NCBI RefSeq assembly: GCF_000315625.1
Contig: NW_005434658.1
Coordinates: 108,535 to 172,534 of the forward strand
Source: Guillardia theta CCMP2712
Taxonomy: Eukaryota > Protista > Cryptophyta
Reading direction: 5' to 3'
Length of the DNA stretch: 64,000 bases
Of this stretch, positions 13,182-36,029 are shown in pieces. Positions within the stretch are counted from its first letter, which is position 1; the number at the start of each line of letters is the position of its first letter. A program made the translations under genes and the position numbers. The notes under the pieces were generated by a model. That model was not told the origin of the DNA. It saw nothing but the letters and a program-made list of their open reading frames with translations, and searched no databases.

Positions 13182-13664
13182 GGCTACATGGGGGAATGTA
13201 GATGAGAGTGAGGGGCTGTAGGGCGAGTAGGGAGGAGGAGGAAGCGAAGAGGATGAGCGAGTAGAGGGAAGGAGAGCGTGTACATGTATACGCGTGTTTG
13301 TAATACAAGTAGTGAGGAGTGAGAAACTAAGTGATTCAGTAAATTGCTCGTGTTTGTTGATTTTATAAAATGCTGGTATAGAATGGGTGAGACTAGAGGT
13401 GAATCAAGATGTTCACGCAATTCTACTTGTGCCAAGCATCTCACGACACAAAAAAAGTTTCAGCAGTCATCAGCCGTCTCTAGCTTTGTTTGACAATGAA
13501 TTTGCTTCATCGCATCTATACAGCTTGTGTGTGGCCGAGCTGTAAGTCCAAGGAAATCAGAGATAAAGGAAATCAAGGAAATCATTATGCGACATAATTT
13601 ATCTATCAACATTCATGATTTGCTCAACTTCGCCGAGCATACAATACAATGATTGAAGATTTTG

Positions 13665-13966
13665 CCTCATCACCAGCTTTCTACCTGCTTCGAACTTGCA
13701 TCTTGGCGATGGAGCTCTTTGTTTGATGATCCCTTTTTCAGCATTTCATCAATCTCTGTGTCGTTGAGGTAGAGGCCGTTGTAGTTGCCGTGCTCCCACG
13801 CATTATATCAGTATCAGGCAACATACACTATATTATGTCAAGTAATGTTAAAAGATCATGTGTTTTGTGCTAAAGCGGATACGACGGCATCGAAGAGCGA
13901 CACGATGTCCATCTTGTCCTGGAGGCTGAGCCTGCTCTTGTTCCTGCAGGAGAGCTTGTGGCGCAC
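13665..13966 (-). pseudogene. Fragmented, inverted third copy of the HTH gene
   Basis: 13894-13964 is the reverse complement of the segment encoding RHKLSCRNKSRLSLQDKMDIVSLF. 13683-13718 retains gagctccatcgccaagatg and cgaagcaggt with internal deletions; unrelated sequence lies between the pieces. Confidence 0.75.
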
Positions 13967-14139
13967 CTTCCTGTATTCCTTTATTGACTGAAAAAGATTA
14001 AAGGCACTGTCTTGGGTGACCGATCCCCAACTTCCGCTGACGCGGCTTCGGAGGGATCCGGCGGGTCACACTACTTCGGCCTCTTATGGGACCCCTGGTA
14101 AAGTTTCGGCCTCCTATGCGGGCCCGTAAACTTCAGTGA

Positions 14140-15650
14140 AACTCAGTTTACAGGAAGGGAATGGTAACTTAGTAAAGCACTTTTAGACTGAGAGAGAGTC
14201 ACGCCCGGGTCAGTCGGAGGGTAATAAAAGCCGGACTGAGTAAATTGATAGTCGGTGCCTAATAAAAGCCGGACTGAGTAAATTGATAGTCGGTGCCAGT
14301 CAATTTAGGCTCAGTCCGGCTTTTATTACCCTCCGACTGACCCGGGCGTGACTCGAGAGTCTCTCAGTAAATTGACGCGACGACTGGCAGTGAGTAACCG
14401 AAGTTACTAAAACTAACTTGATGTGCCGTCACGTCGTCGGACCGGACGGTCCGGCGAGTCCGCGGCGAGCCCGGCGACGGTCACTGACGCGGCCCGACTC
14501 GGCGACGCCCGGCCGGGCCAGGGCGAGCGGCAGCGGCCCGGGGCCGGGCCTCGGGGCCGCTGGCACGGTCCGATCCGAGCCGCCGCGGCACTGAGTACGG
14601 TCCGAGTAGTGTAGTACGGCGGGTCACTGCAGTGCGGTCAGACTCTCAGGCTCCCGGCGACTGAGCAGCGCGGCCTGGCAGACTGAGAGTGACCGTCACG
14701 GGGCCGATCCGACCGATGGTCGGATCGGACGGTTCACCGAGCCTGACTCTCCGAGTGAGCCGCCCTGATTCCGTACCGGGTGACGGACGGACCGTCGGAC
14801 CGTCCCGGGTACTGCGCGGCCGCCGCGATGATCATCGGATTCTGATTCTGGGGCGGCGTACCGTTCCGTACGGTAATGGTTGGCCGCCGCCGTGCGGCGG
14901 CCCGGGCAGCAGTGCCAGTCGGACTGACCGACCGTACGGTACCCGGTTGTACCCGCCGGCCGCCGGGCTGGCCCTCATCGGACCGGGGTGAGTCTCAGTG
15001 CCGCCAAGGGCCTTCAACCGGGTCCCCCGACAGTCGCCGACCAGTGACTAATTCAATCCGATCAGTGACTCGGCGCCGACTCCCGTGACTCTCAGCAGTC
15101 GTCGGAGGTCCGAGCCTGGGCCGACTCAGAGTCCCAGTTGTGATCGGATCGGACAGTCGGACGGCACCGTGCCGCCCGGGCCGCCGGGCCCAGCCAAACT
15201 GTGGCTGGCTTGAAACTTCAAGTTGGCAGTCCGACTGCCCTGAAGTTCATACGGCCGGCCCGGTTCGGGCGGCGGCATCATCGCCGGGCCGCCGCGGCCG
15301 CCCGGATATTTAGCCGCATCAATGATGAACTTCGGAAAGTTCTGGCACCCGGTGACCGGTCCGGGCCCGGGCCGACGGTCACTGGGCGGGAACTTCCGAG
15401 TTCGGAACTAAGTTCCGGGGACCGTGCCCGCCTCAACGGGCGCGACCGTGCAGTACGAGGCGCCGCGGCCGCCGGGCCGCCGGGCCCGGCCCGAGGCCCG
15501 GCCGGGCGGCACTGAGCGGAGCGGCGGGGCGGGGCCGCACCGGCTTCTCGGAACTCCCGGAAGTTCCGAAGTTCCGAAGTCCCCGGGCACTGGCGGCAAC
15601 TACTACCGACTAATCGGCCGTTGATCCCGGTTAATAACGCAAGTTTCCAA
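14140..15650. promoter_or_regulatory. GC/CpG-rich, palindrome-dense intergenic island; the largest of seven (others ~7160-7870, 10110-10800, 52240-52920, 54110-54790, 59085-59350, 63210-63870)
   Basis: No credible ORF; dense GAGTC/GACTC, CAGTG, GTAC, CCGG and AACTT/AAGTT words and short hairpins. Each island lies upstream of at least one gene. Regulatory role is inferred from position. Confidence 0.55.
14196..14354. repeat. Perfect 45-bp inverted repeat (14196-14240 / 14310-14354) overlapping a perfect 38-bp tandem duplication (14222-14259 / 14260-14297)
   Basis: gagtcacgcccgggtcagtcggagggtaataaaagccggactgag and its exact reverse complement, checked base by base. Confidence 0.95.
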
Positions 15651-16863
15651 CTGCCGTGTCCACCCCCACCCCTGCTAGGCAAGTTGGGTGTTCGGGCCTA
15701 CCCCCACCCCATGATAGTGTCCGATCTTCATGCGGATATCGGACCCCCAGGCTGGTAACAGGCTACCCCCCGGGTACACCACTCCGGCCTTGGGTCCCTC
15801 AGGCCTGAACTGACCTTGGCAACTGACCCCCAGGGTCTGCCCCATAAGCAGCGAAATGGACCCGGTCGTTGCGGGATGAGATGCATTCGATCTTGGCTTG
15901 GCCTGGACAAACCAATGGCGTGAGTATACCCCCTACGATTTCTCGATTACCCTTCTAATTGAAATCTGCCTACATCTGTACCCCAGTCACGGTGCGAAGG
16001 GCTACAAACATATAGGCAAGTTTGCTACCCCACCCACTGATTTGGCTCACAACCCCCACCCTTTGACCTCTCTTTAGCCACTTCCGGGAGGTAGGTCCTC
16101 CAGGCACTACCCTCTAACAACCTCATTCAACCACCCTACCCCCTCCCTTCTTCGTTCACCCGCTGAGCCATGCAGGAACCCCCGCCCCTCCACCCTGCCG
16201 AGAAGTTCATCAGAAGTAGATGATATGCTGTCTGTTCTCTCCCTTCCCCGCTTACTTGACATGCTTTCTCATTCATTGAGATCCTTGATAGATGTTCCTT
16301 GGCTCCCTGCCTCCACTTGGCTCAGGGACCGACTGAACGCTTCATTGATGGAGTGTGGTTTACCTGGAACAGTGCAGCTGTGTCGGAATACATCTGTTTT
16401 TAAGTGATTCTATTCCAGAGTTACCATGATGTTGGTATCAAGAGGTCACAGATGTGTTAAACAGTAGGTAGGCGTGCGAGGTGGAACACTTCCGTTAGTA
16501 CCTGAGTCTCCGTGCAAGTGGATGAGGGTGGTGATTTAGTGCAAGCCAAGTCATCTCCTTGTATCAGACCCTCTCTGAGATGGTTTCCTTCAGATTCTGA
16601 AGGCTGTTTGTAAGACCGTCCTGGACCATTGAGCGCTAGAGGATGTCTTTCCCGACTTTCAACAACGGGTCAGCATGACCGTGGGATGCGATGCGAGTCA
16701 ACTGAGCCTGGGGGATGGCAGGAACATTGCGAATGAGACCATGGTCGAAGACTATGTTCAGTCTCATCTTGCAGGGAATTATGTTTTCAAGCGTGGGAAG
16801 AATGGTCACAGGGAAACGTTGAGCTGCTTTGATAAAACCAAGCCGGTTTGCCCCGCCGTTGAG

Positions 16864-18078
16864 ATGAGCATGCAGTCATCTTTCAATCGCAGATCAATCC
16901 GACAAAGCGAGCAGGAGGGCATGGCCCAGCACGGGTGGGAAAATGCCTTCTCCCATCCTCCAACCTTGATCCTTGCGCTTGCGCAGGTCCCAGACCCGTC
17001 GGTCGATCCTCACTACAACAACGCCACTGCCAAGTTCTCCTTCACCACCAAAGTGAACGGACCAGACAGCTACCAGAAGGCGCGGAGTCCCGTCCATGAG
17101 GTGCTGATCTCTCGAGCTGGTGACGCTCTCCGTTGACCTTCTGCTCCCAGGACTCACCGGGGGGAGCCTGCACTAGCCTGGCCATCGGCAAGAAAGAGCT
17201 GAAGCCTATCACCCCTCCAGTAGGCCTCCAGCAGGATTTTGTCTCTGTTTCTAGTCTCACGCTCTTCCTCGCAGATCTCGGGCGCTTTCAAAGTGAGAGA
17301 TAATCCTCCAAACTCAGAGTTCCGACGATTCTACGAGAGAGGAGACCTGCCCATCGCTATAGAACACCGGGGGGTTGGAAATCGAATCCAGTAAGATTGC
17401 ACTGACCTTGATGCAAGCGTTGAAGTAGTGTTGTTCAGGTGGAAGATCGACATAGAAAAGCTTGATTATCATCACTACCTCCCGATCTTCTTTGATGGCC
17501 TTCGAGAAAAAGAAGAGCCTTATCGTTTCTTGGCCGTGCAGGGCACGTTTGACATGCTTGAGGTAAGTTTGAATGCTCCATGTTCCTCAGAGGCTGATGT
17601 CGTTGGCAACCAAGCACGGAGGCACAAAGATCTTACCTGTCATCCCTCAACTCATCATCCCCATCAAGACCGCCTTGAACACGCGGGAGCCAGGAGTAAT
17701 TGTCATCGTGTTGAAGGTTTTACAGCAGCTCGTGGTGTCGGGAGAGATGATAGGAGAGGCGCTGGTGCCATACTATCGTCAGATCCTCCCCGTTCTTAAC
17801 ATCTTCAAGAACAGAAATGTGAATGTGAGTGCTATGTAGCACCCGACGGCACCTGATCGAGAGCTGTGCAGGTTGGTGACTGTATAGTATACAACCAGCG
17901 GAAAAGGATGATCCTCGGAGATCTCATACAAGAGACGCTGGAACTGCTTGAGACGTGATAGTGTCCTTCTCATCTCGAACTTAGCTCAACTGACATGCAC
18001 GCCAGGCATGGAGGCGAAGATGCTTTCATCAACATCAAGTACATGATTCCTACATATGAGAGCTGCGTTCTCAACTAG
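16864..18078 (+). CDS. PACRG: Parkin co-regulated gene protein (axonemal inner-junction protein)
   Basis: [16 protein letters not shown] / [32 protein letters not shown] / [43 protein letters not shown] / [13 protein letters not shown] / [23 protein letters not shown]. Start approximate. Confidence 0.97.
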
Positions 18079-18129
18079 TCCTCATCATAGCGTTTTCATT
18101 GTTCTTCTTGTTTTTGAAACAAAACACTT

Positions 18130-21100
18130 CATCTTTATTCATCCAACGTGTTCTTCCACATTCATGCCATCGTCGTTCGTCATTCGCGGATTCCTTTCAT
18201 CTGTCAGGCCTCTTGCGTTGCTGGCATGGTTGCGCTATTCGCGAATCGATTGACCTGGATCGTTTACCTGACATTTCTCATGGCAGCACATGAAGAGAAG
18301 AACAATGAAGGCGACGATGTACAGCAGCAAAGCATCCATGCCGCAATTCTCTTGCGCTGTTGTGCAACTTGCCACCATGTTGCGCTCAAAGTGAAGTGAC
18401 GGTTGCTCCAGGAAGGACTGACTTGCAAGAATGAGCCCTGAGCTCTTGTAACACGATTTGATGCACTTGTCTCCTGCCGTCTCCTCTTCCTCCTTCTTTT
18501 CTGCTTTTCTATCTCTCCCTCCTTCCCTCCTTCCTTGCTCCACTCTCAGCTTGCTCCTTGTAGCTCCTTCGACGAGCCCTCAGACGTTTACCTCTCCTCC
18601 GACGCTCCCCCTCTTCCTCCTCCTCCTCGGGTCTCCCATGCGCCTCCATCGCCTGTCATACCCTTTGCCGCTCCCTTCATCCCTGCCATGGCGGCCCTAT
18701 CGCACAACCGCCGGGCTGATAGGGGATGAGGGCGGGTGGGCTCCGAAGTACTTGAAGTTTTACTCACCGTCGGTCATGATGGCCGGGCGCCCGGGAATGA
18801 AGTGACTAGCTACTACTTGTAGCTAGTAGTGGTAGATGATGAGATGATGGAGATGTTGAGATGATTGAGATGATGAGATGATGGAGATGATGAGATGATG
18901 GAGATGATGAGATGATGGAGATGTTGAGATGATGGAGATGTTGAGATGATGGAGATGTTGAGATGATGGAGATGATGAGATGATGGAGATGATGAGATGA
19001 TAGAGATGATGAGATGATGGAGATGTTGAGATGATGGAGATGTCGCAGTGGCAGGATGTTGAGGTTCTACTGGCAACTCAGGAGAACATCGGGGTTTGAC
19101 GTGTACATTAAAAACAAATAAATGGTTGACAGACATGGTGGCCGGGCAACAAAGTTCCTCTAAGTGAGCACTGGCATGTGATGAACGGTTTTAGCTTTTG
19201 ACCGCTATTCTGCTCTGCTCTGCTCTGCTCTGCTTTCCCAACTCCTCTCCTCTCCTCCCCTCCCCTCCCCTCCCCTCTTCTCTCCTCTTTTTTCTCCTCT
19301 CCTCTCCTCTTTTCTCTCCTCTCCTCTCCTCATCTCTTCTCTCACACTTTCTCCTCTGCTCGTCTCCTCTCGTCATGAGCTCTGCTGTGATGTCACAAGA
19401 TCTTGATGTTGTCTTGGAGCACTCCGAGGAGGAGCAGCCGATCTTTGACCTTAACAACTGATCAGCAATAGCCGGGAGGGAGCACGAGCGAGAGAACCGT
19501 AAGACACATCTCTGTGTTCCCACAGAGGACCGCTACTGTGCGCGCGGGTTCTGCGAGCTCCTCTGGGACACAGAAGTCCTGACAATTCAAAGGATATGAG
19601 CAGCAGGAGCAGGAGCAGCATCGTCAAAGGAGGTCAGGAGGAGGAGGAGCAACTTAAAGATGTATGGGGAGGAGCAAGAGAAGGGATGTCAGCAACTTTA
19701 CCTCCAGTCTTGTCCCTCTGTCCTTAGAGGGAAGTCGGATGACGACGCCGCTCTCTTCCCACCTCCTCATCCATCCCTGCAACGTCTCGCTTGCTGTGGG
19801 AGGGTATGTCAGAGTATGATGTCAGATCTCAGAGTATGATATCACGTTTGACATTTGCAAGGTCTGCTACTTCTCACCTTGTCCTGTTACGCTGAAGAAA
19901 ATTTTGGGGCTACAAGAGGTCCAGGAGCAACTTTCTATACAGGATTTGATAGGAGCGATGCCTGCCCTGAAGGTGTAGCAAGGTGAGAGAAGAACAAGAG
20001 TAGTGAGAGGAGGAGAAAAACAAGAGTAGTAAGCGGAGAAGAACAAGAGCAGTGAGAGGAAAAAGATACCACGAATGAGAGGAGGAGAGAAATGACGAGA
20101 AGGGAAGTATCACGGATATCCTAGACTCACCCGGAGGCAAAGAAACAAAGTGTCGAAGACTTGTCAAGCATTTCCTCCACCTGACAATGGTTTACTGCCA
20201 TCGCTTCTTCTCCATGCCCTGTCACATTGAACCCTTCTCCCAGTGGCGACGAGATCCAGCAATTGGTACCCTGCGTGGGACGCTGAGCATAACCGAGGAG
20301 AGAGGGGAGGAGAAAAGTGAGAGGAAGAGGAAGAGGAAGAGGAGGAAGAGAAAAGGAAGAGGAAGAAGAGGAAGAAGAGGCAGGTTGATGACGGCATCAG
20401 GACGTAAAGGAGAAGGCAGGTGCTTAGGATGGAAGGAGAAGGGGGAGGGAGGGAGGGAGGAGGAGGAGGAGGAGGAAGATGAGGATGAGGAGGGCGAGGT
20501 AGGGCGTTACCTGCTGTGCCTTTGACAGCAGCGCGGAGGTTGACATCTCGTGCTTGTTGGCAGTCGAGACGAGGAACTCAAAGGAGTCAGCAGAGGCTGC
20601 AGGGGAGCTGGCAATGGCGAGAAAGATTGTTTCCCGGTCCTCCTCTACCTCCCTCCTCATCTGAAGCTTCACATGCTGGCCCGGGGCCTGAGACTCCTTT
20701 CAAACAAGGAGGTGGAGGAAGAGGAAGAAACAGAGACGAGAGGAGGGGCTGACAGCAAGAGGAAGCAGGCAGAGCGTACTGGTGAGTGCGACAGGGCTGA
20801 AACGAGGTGGAGGGGAAGTGAAGAAAGGAGCAGGCGGAAATGGAAGAGAAGGAGAGGCAAGCAGAGCGTAAGAGAGGAGGGGATCAAGGAAAATTTGTAG
20901 AGGATGGTAGGGTATAAGAGCGTAGGAGAAGGTAAGAGAGTGGCGGGGGAGGGCCGAGAAAGGGGGAGGAGAGGGGGAGGGAGGGGAGGAGAGAAGGACC
21001 AGATACCTTGTGCTGTTGTGCGAGGCTGGGGGGTACCTTGAGGATGACCCGGTGGAGGGACTGGTTCACTTGCTCCACCAGTACGGCTGTCGCCTCCTGC

Positions 21101-23172
21101 ATGTCGCCCGACTTGGCCTGCAGGTGAGTGAGCTGAAGATCTTACCCGAGTTGAGGAGCTACGAGAGGAAACGTCTCGATGACCTGTTGCACAGGCAGCA
21201 GCTTCTGTGACCTCTGAGCACCGGGAGGAGACGCGTGCTCCTGCTCCGAGCTGCCTCGCTCCATCGTCGTCGTGTGTTTCGCATCCTCGTCCGAGGAGGT
21301 CGGGCTCGCGCTCCTCCTCTTTTTCTTCTCCTTCCTCACGTTCCTCTGGATGGACTCCACAAGCCGGATCATGTGCTTGTGCTGCCTTGCGTGGTCCTTG
21401 GTGTAGATGTCGAAGTAGTGGACGTCAGGCCGCGTCCTCTGAGCTGCCAGGAGGGTGTCAGGGGTCGAGGACCTCGTTATCCTCTTCTTCTCCTTGAGCC
21501 GCAGCTTCTCCCCCCGCCCGTCAGTCATCCAGGGCATCTCCTGGATGGAGGAGACGAACTGTCTGCTGTCAATCGTCCTGGACGAGCCCCGGGACCAGGA
21601 GGAGTCCAGCAGAGATCGGACCCCGTGATCAGCATCGATCCTCAGGCCTGCCAGCTGCTCCCCGTCTCGCCTCTCCTCCCCGTTCTCTTCCCGCGGCGAA
21701 GCGACGAGCGAGGTTCTCCCCGTCCTTGCCAGCTGATCCTCGATCGACTTCTTAGACGCGCTTACCCGGCATCGAGGTGGGAGAGGACGGGGAAACAAGG
21801 GATCCTGCAGCAAGTTTCAGCTCTGAGGGACCTCATGTAGGGAGTGAGGGGCAAGTTCAGAGTTTGAGGAGCGGTACGATGTCGCAAAGAATAAGTCACA
21901 GCAGAACGAGAGGAGAGGAGGAGGGAGAAGAGAACGAGAAAGTTGCAGTGGGAATAAACGACAAGGAGAGTAAAAGGGTTGAGAAGGAGTGAGGGAGGGC
22001 GAAAGGGGGCGGGGGGCGGGGGGCGTTCGGAAGGAAATGGGGAATGGAAGGAGGGAGAGGGACAGAGAGTCGAGTCTTAGGGGATGAGAATGACGGAGGA
22101 TGAAAACGATCATCAGCAACCATAGACAACATGTGCCAATAAACAAGATGGAGGAAGGCATGGCGGGTGGGGTTACCTTTCTAGGAAGTGAAACATCGTC
22201 AGCAGATCGGACCATCGTCCTCGACAAATTCTCCATCTGCTTCAAGTACACTTCTTCCGCCTCTGAGCTATCCTTCGTTGCAGGATGCTCGTCTCTGATA
22301 ATCGTCCTCCTCCCTTCTCTCTTGGGGTACGTCTGAGAATGAGGGTGGAAATATCGCGCAGGAGATGCATTGGCAGAGTTCAACCCCCTACAAAGATCGA
22401 GTTCTCAGTACCTCCCTCCCTTCGCCCCCCCTTTCCTTCTCTATTCCTTCCCCCCTCCACCTCCCTACCTCTGTTCTCTCTTCCTCTCTCCCTCACTCTG
22501 TCCCTTCCCCCTCCTCTCTCCTCGCTCCCCCCTTCCCTCCCCGCTTCCCCTGCTGCTCTTTTTCCTTCCATATCCTCTTACCCCTGCTCTTCCCTACCTT
22601 GACATGTTTTCACTCATCGGCGACAACCCTCTGCTTTGACTCTCGGCAGGGCTCTCGAAGCTGACAGAAAGGAAGCTCGAGCCCAGCCTCTGATCCGCCG
22701 ACCCCTGGGCGATCGAGAAGGAGTCTGCCTTGATGTCTGGAAATACCTCAACTCTGTTCCTGCTGTCTTCCAGGTGCTGCTGCCTGTTGTCGAACAACTT
22801 TTGCATCAGCAGTGTGTTGCTTTTCCTCACGTCCCTGTACTCGAACAGGCTTGACTTCCAGTACGGAGCCTCGTCTCTCTCCTCCTCTTCTTTTCTCCTC
22901 CTCGTCGACCTCCTCACCGTTTGTCCTGGACTGTGTTGAGGAGAGGCCAGAGGTGGGGATCGGTCCTGCGCAGCTGCTGCTCCACGACTCCAGGAGACCC
23001 TCAAGATATTCGGAGTTAGCGTCCTCACCTTCACATCCTCTTCTCCTCCTCTCTGCTCCGCACGAAGTGCTCTCTTCGTGCTGACAGTGGATGCCTTGGA
23101 AGTGTCCAGCTGCTGCCTTGCAGCTGAGCCCAGCTCCCTCATCTCGATGTGCACCAGGTGGACCCCCTCCAT
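18130..23172 (-). CDS. Long multi-exon hypothetical protein, no domain recognised (may be more than one gene)
   Basis: Long complex minus-strand ORF segments (22594-23172, 21142-21813, 22180-22383) bounded by splice-like signals and simple-repeat introns. 3' end poorly defined. Confidence 0.5.
18835..19042. repeat. GAGATGATG/GAGATGTT-based minisatellite, probably intronic
   Basis: Visible tandem 8-9-mer variants. Confidence 0.9.
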
Positions 23173-23941
23173 CGTCGGAGCGAGGAGAAGAGCTGAGAAA
23201 ATGAACTTATCAGATATCGCCTGTAGACTACCCGCACTGGGCTGGAAAGGGACGAAAATTCTACAGGGAGGGGAGGAAGTTTAGGTCAGGGCAGATGGGC
23301 GGGGAATGTGTGAATGGCAGAGACTGGGCGTGAGGGGAGTAAAAGTGGGGGAAGGGAATGAAAGGAAGATGTGGAATTGAGAACAACAGTCAAAGAAGTG
23401 GAGTGAAAGGTTGAGAATGTGTGAAGATACGCCTGCTCTGTGAGTGATCGACAAAGGAAGTTGTTGAGCAAATCAAAACAGAGAAGTCAACAAATCGTCA
23501 AGATTCATTCGCAGAAAGCACAAGAATGGTGTGCTCGAGAATGAAAGGGATTGAAGCAAGAATGGCAGACACGTATCGGAAGGCGGAGTACAGGCAGGAA
23601 GTACAAAGAGAAAACGAAGGGGAAATAGCAATAATGATGGTGCAGGGAGTAGAAGGATCGAAAGCAGATGTGGGAAGCGTCGTAGCGGAAGCAAATTCGC
23701 AAGAGTAGGAAGAGGAGCAGAAGGAGGAGAAGGAGTGGGGGAGGAGGAGTGGAAGGAGTGGAAGGAGTGGAAGAAAGGGAGGGAGTGGCAAAAGGCGGAG
23801 AAGGAGGAGGATGTGAAATTGAAGAAGAGGAGTGGGAGTAGGAAGAGGAGGAGGAGGAGAAGCAGTAGGAGGAAGAGGAGAAGCAGCAGTAGTAGTAGTA
23901 AGTGGAGAAGCAGTAGGAGGAGCAGAAGGAGGAGGAGCAGG

Positions 23942-23973
<32 letters not shown>

Positions 23974-24868
23974 TAGTAGTAGGAGTAGGAGGAGAATATG
24001 GATCTTGTTGTATCAGGTTCATCATTTTCTCTCTCTCTGGCCTTTTTTTTCCTGCCGCTCTTGTCAATATTTTTTTTCCCATCGTCAACTTTTTCAAAAT
24101 ATTTTAGATCTCATTTAAAATCTAAAAGAAGAGAGGAAAAATATTTTAAACCGAGACATCTCGCCAACTTTACATTTGTTCCGCTACCAGGCAATCGATT
24201 ACTACCAAGTTTACATCACCAAAATGTTGAAAATATTTTGAACAGTAATAAAGAAAGTTAAAATTAGTGAACAAAAATCTGGCTGGACACGCTCGAAACA
24301 AACCTTGGTACAAATATAGATATATTTAAATTGATTTCTTTTTTATTCCGGCATGGATGCTGCTTTCGTACGCGGCATCCACAGAGGAGCATGACGGAGG
24401 GGGAGGGAGGGAGGGAGGGAGAGAGGGAGAGAGGGAGAGGGAAGGAGGGGGAGAGAGAGGGGAGGGAAGGAGGAAGGGATGGAGGGGCAAAGAGAGGGAG
24501 GGGGGAGGTGAGCGAGTTGAGTATTTGAGGGAGGGAGGGAGGGGAGGGGAGGGGAGGGGAGGGAGGGGCAGAACGTTTGCTGTGGTTGGAGCAGGCACGT
24601 GATCAAAGGGATGAGATTGCAGATCAAGAAGCATAGATGATAATTTTCAACGCGATCATTAACGCGCATACGTAGGTGGACAGCAACCCAAGAATGGCGA
24701 ACTGTTTCTTTGAAGACTTACTGATGGTCTGGGAAGCAAAGCTGCATATCTCAATCTAGACAGGATTTGTATCATTTTTTTCAGAAGCCCGTGATCCTTG
24801 TTCCTCGCATTGGACAAGTTGAGGAAGTTGAGGGGGAAGGACAATCAGCATAGGAAAGACGAGCAACC

Positions 24869-30682
<5,814 letters not shown>

Positions 30683-30955
30683 CCTCTTCGTGTACAATTT
30701 TATGAAAATTCTAATCTACCCCCCCTCCCCTCCCCTCCTCCTCACTCTCCTCCTCCTCATTACTCTCCTCCTCCTCCTCACTCTCCTCCTCTTCACTCTC
30801 CTCCTTGTACTCGTCGTAGCTCTTCATCACCATCTACATCCATTTCCTATTCGCACTCATCCTTCCTGCTTTCACCCTCCCTCCCCTCCCCCCGCTTGCT
30901 CCTGGTCTCCTGACCTGAGGCTGCCTCCTCTGCCCTCCTTTCTTTCCTCCCTCCC

Positions 30956-35029
<4,074 letters not shown>

Positions 35030-35456
35030 GATCCGCCCAATGCCCACACCCCCTTCTCGTGAGCCCGCCTCCGAATTTTAATAACAATTTGTACCACTAT
35101 TTTTAACCATCACTTTTTTGAGTATTGTCAGAGCCATTTCCAAAAGATATCCAATTTTAGTACACAACTCAGATAGATGAGTGATAAATTGTAATATCAA
35201 TTTTGTAGTGATATTACCAGCACAACTAATAATTTATATCTGATAGCACATTTTTAATAAAGCTGTTTTATTAAAATTTTTTTTGAACGTAGGAAAACAC
35301 CGATCAAACCTCAAAAACAGCTGCCCACCCACCCCCACTACTCTCTCAAGCATCTTATTCCAAGTACCCCACCACAAACCGCTGGCACCTGCTTGTCCCC
35401 TCCTTTATAGCTCTTTAGTACCCCCTTTATCCCCACTATATCGGGAAACCATTTGA

Positions 35457-36029
<573 letters not shown>

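Noticed and set aside
14423-15682. ORFs inside GC islands
   Set aside because: Stop-poor because of GC content; Arg/Pro/Gly-rich with no motifs.
17080-17150. GC-AG intron in PACRG
   Set aside because: An in-frame canonical GT donor at 17101 explains the junction.
23470-23708. Short + strand ORF between divergent genes
   Set aside because: No motif or splice support; purine-rich background.
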